Assembly: GCF_036321535.1 (NCBI RefSeq)
Contig: NC_087447.1
Span: forward strand, 48,362,001-48,426,000
Direction of reading: 5' to 3'
DNA: 64,000 nucleotides
From: Camelus dromedarius
Lineage: Eukaryota
Every line of letters starts with the position of its first letter. Position 1 is the first letter of the stretch. The notes under the pieces are model-generated. The model was not told the DNA's origin and ran no database searches. It worked only from the letters and a program-made list of their open reading frames with translations. A program made the position numbers and the translations under genes. Shown in pieces: positions 1 through 11,589 of the stretch.

Positions 1-1852
1 GTTTCCCCCTCTGGCTTAAAATGAGATTTTGAAGGATTATAAACTTCAAACATGGTACAGCACATGAGAAGCTTATGTTGCTTGGTGGCAGTTCTGAAGT
101 GACAGAACTTAATATCCCTGAGAACCTGCATGTAGCTCACCCAGGGCCTCTGCATTTTCTTACATCCCCTGTCCTACTGTTAGGCTATTTTAAAAAAATA
201 CTTACATCTCTGTTGCAAGGGAATGTGTGGGAAACTTGAAGGGTAGCGTGTGGAGAAGAGCTAACTCCTGGCCCTCCTACTTTTTGTAGCTCTTTCCTGC
301 TGGAGAGAAGGAAAGGCATAATTTCTGTTATTAATAAATATCTAAAAGGAAGAGAGGTTAAAATTATAACTCTGTTTTCAAAGGACAAAACTAAGAGCAA
401 TAAAAGAAAGTTACCAAGAGCCACATTTCAGTTCAATATAAGGAAAAGTGTTCTGTTTCATAAGAAAGAAGCTGGCATTGAGGTAACAAGCACCATTAAC
501 TCTGGGACTGGACAAACAGGTTGGTTGACTCCTCTGCAGGATGCTCTTAAGGGAATTCTGTACTAGTTTAGAAGCTGGAAATAGATGATCTTTGAGGACT
601 TTAGAACTCTGATTTACTAGAGAAAGGATTAAAATTGCCAGATTAAACAATTTTAAAAACTTTTTATTACAGAAATTATCAACCAGATACAAAAGTAAGG
701 AGAATAGCACAATGAACTTGGTGTACCTATTATCCAACTTCAGCTGTTACCAATGGCTAATCTTGTTTCATCTTTTCTTACCCATTCTCTTACAATCCCC
801 AACCCTTATAATTTTGAAACCTATCACAGACATCATATTATTTCATCAGTCAGTATTTCTATATGTATCTCTAAAAGGTAAAGATTCTTTTTTGGAAAAG
901 ATTACTTTTAATAATAATACAAGAATAAGGTCCTCCTGTATGCTGCTGCTTGTTGTATAGATTGATTAACAGATAAAGTAATACTGATCAACATGTAATT
1001 TTGGAAAGCAGTTTTTCAGGTTTCTAAAATGTTTGAAAAGACTAGTTAATGTGTTTTGATTCTTGTCCAAGGTTCAATACAAAGTCAAAATCTTAATATA
1101 GAAAAAACTTTATGCAGAAACTATTCTTTTATACAGTATGCTCTCAACCATGTAAAATGAAAATTTGCACAGAAAAGACTGAAAAAATACATTAAAATGT
1201 GAATGGTAATTGTCTTCAAATGGTTGATTATGGGTGATGTTTTTACTTCTGTTCCTTTATTTTTAAAGTTTTCTTCAGTGAGCACGTACTACTCTTATAT
1301 TAAGTAAAACAAGAACAAAAAATCACTTATTCAGTAGTTTATACATCATTCCAAGTTTCATTTGTCCATGCTTTTCTGAGAAAAGTAAGTTTAAATATTA
1401 GATATATTTTTATTTTCTTGGTATAACCTGATGTATGTGTTCAAGTTCATAGACTGAAGAATAATTTGGGAGCATAATTTTCTTAAAGAAGACATTTATG
1501 TAGACAAATTCCCTGTTAAAGATAATTGTCTAGGATAAATTTGCAAACAGATATATAACCTGCATTTGTTTGCTCTGTGCCCTTGGCAGTTATTGCTAAT
1601 CAAAGATAACTCTTCTTCCCACTAAGCTTGCTCTTGGCCTTCAAATCCTTTTGAGCCAGCATTTTAGGCCGACATTATAGGGCCTCATATTTGAGCCACA
1701 TAATGAGACCTGTCTGCCATTCTGGGTCTTAGGACAGTCTTCTTTAGGCCAGTGATGTACAGAAATAAACTAAATATTTAGTTGGGTTTTTTTTAAACTC
1801 CTTTTCATACAGCTTTCTCTTCAGTTATCTAAGTTTTCTTTCTGCCTTTTAG

Positions 1853-1935
1853 GTGATGGAAGCTGTTTCATTGTCCAGCAAGACTTAGACTATGTCATTG
1901 AGCTCACTGGGGCTGACTCTGACCCTGTGTACAAG
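1853..1935 (+). CDS. PAAF1: PAAF1 (WD40 proteasomal ATPase-associated factor 1), penultimate coding exon
   Basis: Polypyrimidine tract and AG at 1851-1852, GT at 1936. Translates (G)DGSCFIVQQDLDYVIELTGADSDPVYK, which I recognise as the PAAF1 C-terminal region. Syntenic upstream of DNAJB13. Confidence 0.92.
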
Positions 1936-3324
1936 GTACATACCTGAGAGGAGATCAGGCCTGTGTGATTCTCACCTGGGATCTAGGGCTTTAGAGGAGA
2001 CTGAATTCAGCTACTTTGTAGTTATTAGGGGTAATATAGTACTTAGGAGTGGGATAGAAAGAAATCATAATTTTGAATCAGAAGTGACTTCATCACTTAC
2101 TGGCTCTAGAAACTTTAAAATTCACTTCACTGCCTCAGTCTGTCAGTTCAACTGTAAAGTGAGGATAATAGATAATGCATATGAAAGATCTTTGTATATT
2201 TTAAATATTCTATAAATATTAGCTGTTATTATCATTATTTAAGTTCAAGACTGATTATCTCACTTAGAGTAGAAAGAGAAAAACGAAAGGGGAAGTAATA
2301 TTTATTGACTGGATATTGTGCTTGATGTTTTACATTTATTATTTAATAGTCATTATTATTCCTTGAGGTATAGGTATTATTATTCTAATTTTTTCTTATA
2401 ATTTTGGAACAGTTGCATAATTAATACATACATATAAAAATTCAAACAATACACAATTGTACAGACTTAAAAGTCCCCTTTAAGACTTTTTTGTTCCACT
2501 CTTCTTTCCCGAAGTAACTAGAATTAATAGTTTGGCGTGTATCTTTCAAGACTGTTTTTGGAGAATTTGCACTTACATCTTTGTGTTTATGTATTTACAT
2601 AAATAATGTAGTTTTACATCCAAATTTGTACATAATTGGTATCATTCTATATATATATTACTCTACAGCTTGGGTTTTTACTTAACATCTTGAAACTGTT
2701 TCCAAATTCATATAGATACACTTCTTTTTTTAAATTCCTGCATAGTGCTCTATATTGTGAATTAACATATTTTTGTTTTACAAATAAATGGACTCAGAGG
2801 GATTGAGAAAGTTGCCCTAGGTCATGCAGCTACCTATCAGCAAACCTGCTAATTAAGCAGGTTAAGCTTAACTCCAGAATTAATACTATTTCCATTAAAT
2901 TAGGAGTTCTTAACCTTTTTTGAGTCTCAGACTACTTTGAGAATTTGATGAAGTTCTCCTTAGGAAAAAGTGCAAATTTTGAGAACTTCTTTGCATAGAA
3001 TTTTATGAGGTTCAGGGATACCCAGGCCCTTCTATGGATCGTCTCCTCCCCAAGTACAGTCCATCTGCACTAAACCATACACAACACTAGTGGGTTTGCT
3101 CTCCACTTGGTCACTTAGTTCCTCCATTCTGTGGTCATGCGCGCCCTTAGATTCTGGCTAGCCATTTTTTAAATACATAACATGGATGTAACTCTTCTCT
3201 TGTGTTTGGAATCAGTAAAGCTTCTCAGACTCCCTTGTACTATTGGGGGTCGATGACAAGGCTCTATCTTTTTGAAATGGAAGAATCCCAGGTTTCCTTT
3301 GAACTGTGAATTCTTGTGTTCCAG

Positions 3325-3402
3325 GTAGCCACATGGGAGAAGCAGATCTATACATGCTGTCGGGATGGTCTTGTGCGACGCTATCAGCTCTCTGACCTCT
3401 AA
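3325..3402 (+). CDS. PAAF1: PAAF1 last coding exon
   Basis: ttccag acceptor; VATWEKQIYTCCRDGLVRRYQLSDL then TAA. In frame with the 1853-1935 exon. Confidence 0.92.
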   Translation, partial: VATWEKQIYTCCRDGLVRRYQLSDL

Positions 3403-3732
3403 CGCCTTGGGAAGAAGAGTCCCAGTTAATGAAAAAGATTGACTCTGACAACAATGAGCGGAAACATTATCAAGGGTCATGGGTTCGGGCACCCTTTGAA
3501 AGTCACAGAAAGTGAGCTGCATTGGCCCATGTGGAACTATCATTCCATGATAAAACCTATGTTGAGCTGAGTAAGAAGCTCACATGTGTTCACTGCATTT
3601 GTCCTAACTTCTCCCTATATATACTCATCCCAGCAACACAGGACAAGGATACAGATGCTTACAGTTTGATCTGATACTGCTTGTGTTAAATGTTTACAAG
3701 GACTGGAGGACTAAAGCCTGTTCTCTGGAGGA

Positions 3733-3738
3733 AATAAA
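3733..3738 (+). terminator. Candidate PAAF1 poly(A) signal
   Basis: AATAAA about 330 nt after the stop codon; usage not verifiable from sequence. Confidence 0.45.
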
Positions 3739-3927
3739 GAAAATATGTTTGGAGGAGTCTGAACTTGAGAAACTTTGTTAAATATTCTTGCTTGAGTAAA
3801 AAGTCAGTCAAGCTGATGGAATTCCTTTCTCAGGCACTTCCTGTTGGCCTGGCTATAGGGAAGGACTACTTGACAGTAGCAGTAAATGGCCCACAAGCAG
3901 CAACCTGGGAAAGATTTTTATACAGGT

Positions 3928-4021
3928 AGGGTAACCAACTGTCCCAGTTTTCCTTGGACTGAGGGATTTTCTGCTAGATGGGACTTTCAGTCCCAGGCAA
4001 ACCGATATGATTGGTTAGCCT
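3928..4021. mobile_element. hAT-Blackjack MITE relic (MER94/MER81-like)
   Basis: Imperfect terminal inverted repeats TAGGGTAACCAA ... TTGGTTAGCCT with internal gtccc/gggac motifs. Confidence 0.55.
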
Positions 4022-4062
4022 TTATTCAGGTGATGAAGTTGAATCATACCATTGTAAAGGCG

Positions 4063-4240
4063 GCAGCTGTCAAAGTGCAGTCCCTGGAATAGCTGCATCA
4101 ATATCACCTGGGAACTTGTTAGAGATAGAAATTCTTGGATCCACCTCAGACTTAAATGAGAAGTTCTGTGCATGGGGCCCACAATCAGTATTTGAATAAA
4201 CTTTCCAGATGATTCTGATGCCTGCTAAAGTTTGAGAACA
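4063..4240. mobile_element. MER5A-like hAT-Charlie DNA transposon relic
   Basis: Typical motifs atcacctgggaacttgttaga ... gatgattctgatgc ... aaagtttgagaac. Confidence 0.7.
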
Positions 4241-4860
4241 AGAGAAAGACAGTGAAGGGCACTTTAGTCATAGATGGAATCCAGAGCTTAAGGGATGGCA
4301 AGACTGGTCTATTGGAGAGGAGGCTGGAGAGGTTGGCAGGGTCCAAATAATGAAAATACCAGGTAAGGAGCTTGAACTTCATTTGGATGGCCATGGGGAA
4401 CCAACTACAGAAGGGTTTTAAGGAAGGGTTCAACCTGGTTGCCTCTTTTTCATCCTAAACATAAAAATGGAATCATAATGTATGTATTCTATGGTTTATT
4501 TTCACTTAGTATCTCTGAGTTCTTTCCATCTCAGTACATTCAGACTTTCCTCATTCTTTTTTTTAATAATTTCTAGAGTATGAATTTAATAATTTCTGTA
4601 TCAGTTACATTTTAGAGCTTATTAGATAAAAGGTTTCTTGGAGGATGCAACATGTATGTTAAGATCAGGATTTATTTAAAAGAAGAAGGTAATTCCTGGG
4701 TAGGGTAAGAGTATGGTTTACAGAGTTCGTAAAGGCTGTTGGTAAGACTCAAAGAGATAAAGTGATTTGCCAACAATCATAGAAAGTAGGAACTTGAACA
4801 TAGTTTATCTTAACTTTGAATCGCATTTTTTCTTTCCTGTTGCTTATGCTTAAACCAAAT

Positions 4861-4924
4861 TGAAAATACAATACTGTGGTTCATTGAGTATCTGAAAATA
4901 AAATACTGTGGTTCATTGAGTATC
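4861..4924 (+). repeat. 32-bp direct tandem duplication (2 copies, 1 mismatch)
   Basis: tgaaaata(c/a)aatactgtggttcattgagtatc at 4861-4892 and 4893-4924. Confidence 0.95.
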
Positions 4925-6832
4925 TGCTGGATATCTACTCTGTTCTAGGTACTATATTTAAATATTTAATCCTCACTAACACTCTTAAAAAAGAAATGGT
5001 ATTATTTCTATTTAACAGATAAGGAAACTGAGGCTCAAGAAATTAAGTACCAGAGCCTCAATTTGGACCTTGCTCTGTCTGTCTCCAAGGTCCATGCTCC
5101 TTTCACTACACCATGGGGTTACAAGACCTGGGACTAGAGCAGTTTCATTTAAGGAGTGATTTGTGATAGGCTCAGGTAGACCCAAAAGGACATATTTCAG
5201 AGCTCAGAAATTTTGAATCACAGGAAGTCCAGGGGAGTCCTCTAAGAAGTCAGATTAACAAAACAAGATGAGGGAGAATATGACTGAGTTCACACAACAA
5301 GTGTGTCTCTGAGTAGGCATTCCAGGACTCGCTCTTTTCCATTGCCATCACATTCACAAGCTCCTTTTCGCAGGTCTCCATAGGTGATATCCTGGCTGTG
5401 ATGGATGAAATGACCCTTGACAGCTATCCTGAAATCCAGACCCAAGCAGAAGGAGCGGAGGCTAGCTCTCAGGTACCACCAAAGCTTTGTTTACTGTGAA
5501 TGGAATAATCCCCGCTTTGCAGCAGACAAAGCTTGTTTTTACTTTTGGGTTGAGGAGCACATTCTGGGTAAGGAAGGGTAGACAACCCCCATCCACAGCA
5601 CTAAAGGCCCAGTGAAGCTCTGTGGAAGACCTTGTTTCTTGGCTTTTGGTGCCCCCTTGTGATTTCTTGTGAGAAGTGCTATTTCTCAGATCTGAAAAGC
5701 TGGCAGCGGCATCAGATATTGTGTACATGTTTTTGTGTGCCAGGCACAGTCCTCACAATAGCCTTGCAAAGTAAAGGTTTTTTTTTCTTCAACAAGTGTC
5801 TTTGTGGATATATTTAGTATTCTTTTTCTAATTTACTTTTTATTTTGAAATAATTTCAAACTTACAGAAAAGCTGTAAGAGTAGTTCAGAGGATTCCAGT
5901 ATATCCCCACCCAAATCTCCCAGTTGTTAACTATATATTATGTTTATCATTCTCTCTCTTTCTATTTTATATAGTACATATTTTCATGCAGGTTATGTAT
6001 GCTACATTTTTTTCTGAATCATTTGAGAGTAATACACAAATATTATGTCCACTTACCTTTAAATACTTAAAGGACACTGTTCCATAACCACAGTACATCT
6101 ATCAAAACAAGGAAACTCACACTGATCCTGTACTGTCATCCAGTCTGCAGACCCCATTCAAATTTTGCTGGTTGTCCCAACGGTGTTCTTTATAATCACT
6201 CTTTCCTTTGGGTTCCAGGATCTAATCCATTTATTTTGCCTTTATTTGCCTTCTGTCTGGAGTATGTCCTCAGTTTTTCTTTGTGTTTTATAACCCTGGT
6301 ATTTTTGGAATATAGGCCACTTTGGGTTTGTCTGATGTTTCCTCATGATTAGATTTAGGTTAGGCATTTTGGCAACAATACCCCAAAAGTGATTCTCTGT
6401 CCTAAGAACATCATATTGGAAGCCACACAATGTTGACTTGTCTCATTGCTAGTGATGTTAGCCCTTTTTTTTTTTGGAGATATAATTCACAAGCCATAAA
6501 ATTTATCCTTTTAAAGTATACAATTTAGTGGTTTTTTAGTAAATTCACAAGGTAGTGCAGCCATCACCACTCATTCCAGAACATTTCATCACCCCAGAAA
6601 GATACTTCATATCCTTCAGCAGCCACTCCCCATGCCCCAGCCCTGGCAACCACTAATCAACTGACTGTCTCTATGGATTTGGCTATTCCGGACATTTTAT
6701 ATAAATGGAATCATACAATATGTAGCCTTTTGTATCTGGCTTATTTCTCTTAGCATAATGTTTTCAAGGTTCATTCACTTTGTAGCATGTGTCAGTACTC
6801 TATTCCGTTTTGTTGTCAAGGAACACCCCACT

Positions 6833-7413
6833 TGTAATGGTTAATTTTATGTGTCAACTTGGCTGGGCCATTTGCCCAGATAGTTGGTCAAGTATTCTGG
6901 ATGTTTCTATGAAGGTATTTTTTGGATGAGATTAACATTTAAAATCAGTGTATTTTGGGGGGACGGTATAGCTCAAGTATTAGAGCATGTGGTTATCATA
7001 CACAAGGTCCTGGGTTCAATTCCCAGTACCTCCTCTAAAAATCAATCAATAAATAAGTAAACCTAATTACCTCCCACTCAAAAAAAAAAAAGATGTTAAA
7101 AAAATAAATAAATAAAGTAAAATAAATGTATTTTGAGTGAAGCAGATTACCTTCCATAACATAAGTGGGGCTCATCCAATTTTGAAGGCCTTAATAGAGG
7201 AAGACTGACATCCCTCCAGCAAGAAGGAATTCTGCCAGAGGATTGCCTTTGGACTTGAAATACAACTCTTCCCTGGGTCTCCCACTTGCAGGCCTACGCT
7301 GCAGATTTTGGACTCTTCAAGCCTCATGATCACGTAAGCCAATTCCTTAAAATAAATCTCTGTATACATACACACATCTTCTTGGCTCTGCTTCTCTGGA
7401 GAACCCTAATACA
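6833..7413 (+). mobile_element. MLT2 (ERVL) solo LTR
   Basis: Starts TGTAATGGTTAATTTTATGTGTCAACTTGGCTGGGCC, ends ctctggagaaccctaatACA. 5-bp TSD CCACT/CCATT. Confidence 0.85.
6957..7119 (+). mobile_element. tRNA-derived SINE (camelid-type)
   Basis: A box tagctcaagta, B box gggttcaattccc, A-rich tail. About 16-bp TSD AAAAT(C/A)A(G/A)TGTATTTT. Confidence 0.85.
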
Positions 7414-9599
7414 CCATTGTAGGGATATACCACAGTTTTTTAATCCATTCATTAGTTGATGGACATTTGGGTTACTTCCATTGTTTAGCTATTATGGATA
7501 ATGCTGCTATGAACATTTGTGTACAGGCTTTTATGTAAACATATGTTTTTCATTCTACTGTCAGTGGAACTTCTTGGTCATGTGGTAACTCTATGTTTAA
7601 TGTTTTGAGAGACTGCCAGCTGTTTTCCAAAGTGGCTGCACCATTTTACATTCCCACCAGCAATGTCTAAGGGTTCTGATTTCTCCATGTCCTTGCCAAC
7701 ACTTGTTTTTTTCCATCCTTTTTGTTATAGTCAGGCAATGTTAAGCCAGTTAAAATGGTGTCTACCAGGTTTCTCCACTGGAGAGTTCATAAGTATTTTG
7801 AGGGGAGATACTTTGAGACTATATAAATAACCTATTCCTCATCAATATTGCATCAGCTAGTTTTAGCATTCTTTGATGATTTCTGTCTGAATCAGTTATT
7901 CCTATGATAATTGCCAAATGGTGATTTTCTAATTCTATTATTCTTTTTACATTTATAATCAGCATTCTACTATAAGAAAGAACTTTCCCTTCTCCGTTTA
8001 TTTATTTGTTCTCTCAATTATTCATCATAAATATATTAGTATAAATTACTCATGGACTCATCTTTTATTCTATGGATTATAATCCATTATTACTATTATT
8101 TACTTTGGTATTTAAATTGTCCAAGTTGGCCCAGTGGGAGCTTGTTCAAGCTGGATCCTGTGTCCATTTGACATGTTTCCATCATTCTTTGAGCATTTCT
8201 GTATTTTCTGGTACCACAGGATACTCAAGCCTCAAGTTATACTTCCCCTCCCCAGCTCGGGAATCAGTCATTTGCCTAAATAGCCCTGGTCCCTTTTAAT
8301 GGAGAATGGTATTCAGAAACCAATATCTGGGTACCAATATGCTCTTTACTTCTGGGGTATTACTGCTCCTAGGCCCTATGAGTAGACAATACATATATAC
8401 TTCTCTCTTTCTACAACCATCATTCTATATATATTAAAAGTCATGTGTTCACATTTACGTCTCCAATGCCACAGGGTTTATTTCTAGCCTTCTATGTAAA
8501 TAGCTCCTTTCTCCAACAGTGAGAAACTTGGATCTCATGACTCTCAGTATATTCACTTTTTTGCTCAGTACCTCTGTGAGGAACCAGTCTGCCAGCCACA
8601 CAAACTGTCTCCTCCATTTCACCACAGCCCCTGCACACCTCCGATAGGGTCTCCTTCTCCCTCTGCATTCATGACAGCCAGTCCCAGGCTGAGCAAGGCC
8701 TTCCTCCAAGTCTCTGAATTTAATTTTTAATAACATTTTTTTCTGGTAATAAGAGTAAGACAAATGGCCAATACACAAGAAAAGATGCTCGATTTCAGTA
8801 GTTAAATAAAAAGGCAAATACAGAAGAAAATTTGGAAATGCAAAAAGTATCAAGAGTAATTCCATATTTTCATTTTGCAACCAGACAACTGTAGCTATGA
8901 AGTAATTGTTTTAAGGTCATAAAACTAGTAGCTAACAGATAGGATTTGGCTCTGACTTTACTGCCTCAATGCTGAGGGAGCTTCTTCTATGTGATAAGTG
9001 CTTTTGTATAGTTTAATATGTTTACACCAACCCTGTGGTGGAGTTCATGTTGATAATGCCATTTATTCAAAGAAACTTAGACATGGGGCCATTAAATAAA
9101 CATGCTTCAGGTCACACAAATGGCATGTAAGCACAGCAGCATCAAGATATGGTCACTTTCTAACAACTCAACTCACCCAAAACCTACACTTTGTGTCTTA
9201 ATTAATTGCTCTGCCCTTTGGCCTAACTCCAAAAGTGCGTTTTACCACTTCTAGATATACCTAAATATACCTAAAATAGATCTTTTGCCTCAAATAATAT
9301 GAAAGAGCTACTTTTAAGGCAGGCCCTCCTCTGTAACAGTGTGGCTTCAGAGGACCCAGGAAAGTTCCTAAATATCTCAGTCACTATCATCTGTAATGCC
9401 ATCAAGGCACATCAGGCTTTTCCATCTACAATTAGAGATGAGGTTTAAAATGTAGCACTGCTCTTTCCCTGTGTAACTGATACTAGATCGTTTCTTAAGA
9501 ACACATTTCTGTTTCAGAGGAGTAAGAGGCTGAGTGAGGGAGTAGTGCTCAAGAGAAGATACTCCTGAAAAAGGAGGAGGAGGAGGAGGAAGGGGAGAG

Positions 9600-10380
9600 G
9601 AAGGGCTATAGTGTGGCACTGGCCCAGGAATAGACCAATGGAACAATGGTCCAGATACAAACCTATGCATATGTAGAAACTTCGTATGTAACACAACAGT
9701 CAGTACAGATTGTGGGAAAACAATGAACTGTTAAATAAATGGTTCTGGGACAGTGGGATATCTAAAAAAAAATGATACCTACCTGGCACCATATACAGAA
9801 AAATAAGTTCTAGGTAGATTAAAAATTTTAAAGTTAAATGGACTTTTGGAAGAACATGTAAGTGAAGATTTTTATGACCTTGTATAGGGAATATTTCTTG
9901 AACTAGACAGAAAAGGTAGAAACAAAAGAAACATTGATAAATTTGACCCCATTAAAAAAATGCTGAAAAGACAAGCTCCAAGGTGAAAGGGGTTTGTATT
10001 TTATACTATCAACAAGAAAACATAAAATATAAAGAGTCACAAAAAATTGATTAAAAAAAAGTATAGCCTAATAGAAAAATGGACAAAAGATGTAAATAGG
10101 CATTTCAGACAAGGAAAAACAAATGGCCAATGAACATGAGAAAAACCTTCACGAACAAATGCAAATTAAAATCTATAAAGATGCTGTTTCACACCTATAT
10201 TGGCAAACATTTAAAAACTTGACACCAAGAATTGGTGAGAACGTGGAGCAAAAAGGAACTGTCACACACTGCTGTTCTGCCACTGTAAATGAGAATCACC
10301 ACCTCAGAAAACTGTCTGTTACCTTGCAGTTGATGCACATGCCCAAATACTCAGCATCAACAGAGAATGCTATACAACCG
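9600..10380 (+). mobile_element. Degenerate L1 ORF2 3' fragment
   Basis: L1-like motifs tagaccaatggaac, aaataaatggttctgggaca, gaaaaatggacaaaagatgtaaatagg. Ends approximate. Confidence 0.6.
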
Positions 10381-10393
10381 CTGTGAAGATAAG

Positions 10394-10394
<1 letters not shown>

Positions 10395-10434
<40 letters not shown>
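10395..10434 (+). repeat. (CA)20 microsatellite
   Basis: Perfect CA run. Confidence 0.98.
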
Positions 10435-10436
<2 letters not shown>

Positions 10437-10559
10437 TTGCATGAATAATACCATTTAAATAAAGTTTAAAAATATGAAAAGTTAAATAATGTTGTTTGGG
10501 ATACATGCAGTGGTGTGTGAAGCTGGCTTGTGCCACCTTGGAAAACAGCACTGCTGCCC

Positions 10560-11225
10560 TCCAGGAGGTGGAGCAGAACTCCTCACTCTTGAAGGGTGGG
10601 CTGCAAAATGACTTCCTTCAAAAGAGTACAATCCAGAAATGGGGAAACAAAAATAACTTTATGGGGGAGAAACCTGACAAGCACTACCTCAGCAGGTGAT
10701 CAACATCAACAGTGGTAAGTTATGGTGATGGTGTGTGCCTCTGACCTGATGGGAGGAAGGTGGCACTCTACCTCTATGATCTCCTTCCAAAATGCCCCAA
10801 CCCCTATCTGATCATAAGAAAAACATCAAGCAGATCCCAGCTGAGAGACATTCTACAAAATACATGACCAATACTCCTTAAACTGTGAAAGTTACCAAAA
10901 ACAAGGAAAGTTTGAGAAACAGTTGCAGCCAAGAGGAGCCTAAGGAGACGTGACAACTAAGTGCAATGTGATATCCTGGATCAGATCTTGGAACAGGAGA
11001 AAAAGAAAAAGAACAGCATTAGCTTAAAAACTAGGAAATCTGAGTAAAGTATGGACTTCCTCTGTTATAAATGATATAACAATATTGGTTATTATTTGTG
11101 ACAAACGTACCATACTCATGTAAAGTCTTAATAATAGGGGAAACCAGGTGTGGGGTATATGGGAGAACTCATCTTCATAACTTTTCTGAAAATCTAAAAG
11201 CATTCTAAAATAATTATTTTTTAAA
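10560..11225 (+). mobile_element. L1MC-like 3' UTR
   Basis: gagaaacctgacaagcactacctcagc ... aggagcctaaggagacgtgacaactaa ... aaatctaaaagcattctaaaat. Confidence 0.65.
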
Positions 11226-11413
11226 AATAGCCAAATGTATTTGTTCTTAAAACTTTTTGTTAAAACTAATTACTACTCTCCTTAAAAACTCTCTCTCTGG
11301 TTTCTGAGTTGAGTGACCCTTGTCAGGCTCACAGAATCAGTTCTTTGATTCCTTTTTTTCTTTTGGTCTTCTGTGAGGCAGAGCTGAGAAGGTAATTTGC
11401 TTAGGCAGGAAGG

Positions 11414-11432
11414 ACTACAACTCCCAGAGTGC
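11414..11432 (+). promoter_or_regulatory. ZNF143 (Staf)/THAP11-type motif in the DNAJB13 promoter
   Basis: ACTACAACTCCCAGAGTGC closely matches ACTACAATTCCCAGAATGC; about 100 bp upstream of the ATG. Confidence 0.75.
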
Positions 11433-11441
11433 CCCTGTGCG

Positions 11442-11456
11442 GTTGTCAGGAGCAAC
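11442..11456. promoter_or_regulatory. RFX X-box in the DNAJB13 promoter
   Basis: GTTGTC-AGG-AGCAAC imperfect palindrome; X-boxes are typical of ciliary gene promoters. Confidence 0.7.
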
Positions 11457-11521
11457 CAAGGAACGCAAACTAACAGCCCTGCTGGAGTCAGGACTACCCA
11501 CCCACTGACAACCAGCCAGCC

Positions 11522-11589
11522 ATGGGCCAGGATTATTACTCTGTGCTCCAGATCACTCGCAATTCAGAGGATGCCCAGATCAAGAGCGC
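11522..11589 (+). CDS. DNAJB13: DNAJB13 exon 1
   Basis: gccATGG start; MGQDYYSVLQITRNSEDAQIKS; donor GC|gtaagt. Confidence 0.95.

Larger units (their letters stand above)
6464..7735 (-). mobile_element. L1 (L1MB-like) 3' end nested in the older L1
   Basis: Poly-T tail, then ttttaaagtatacaatttagtgg ... aaatggaatcatacaatatgtagcc ... gatggacatttggg ... cccaccagcaatg. Flanked by atgttagcc / atgttaagcc. Confidence 0.75.
5830..8560 (-). mobile_element. Old L1 (L1MC-like) 3' region, interrupted by nested insertions
   Basis: ttttattttgaaataatttcaaacttacagaaaag is a reverse L1MC-type 3' end. L1-like sequence resumes after about 7740 (gggagatactttgagactat). Ends approximate. Confidence 0.6.

Noticed and set aside
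185..960. Three ORFs at the window start
   Set aside because: AT-rich PAAF1 intronic sequence with no homology I recognise.
6961..7030. tRNA gene (also near 39560-39637 and 42280-42350)
   Set aside because: A and B boxes are present, but the copies are diverged and have shared non-tRNA 3' blocks and A tails, and two have clear TSDs. They are SINEs.
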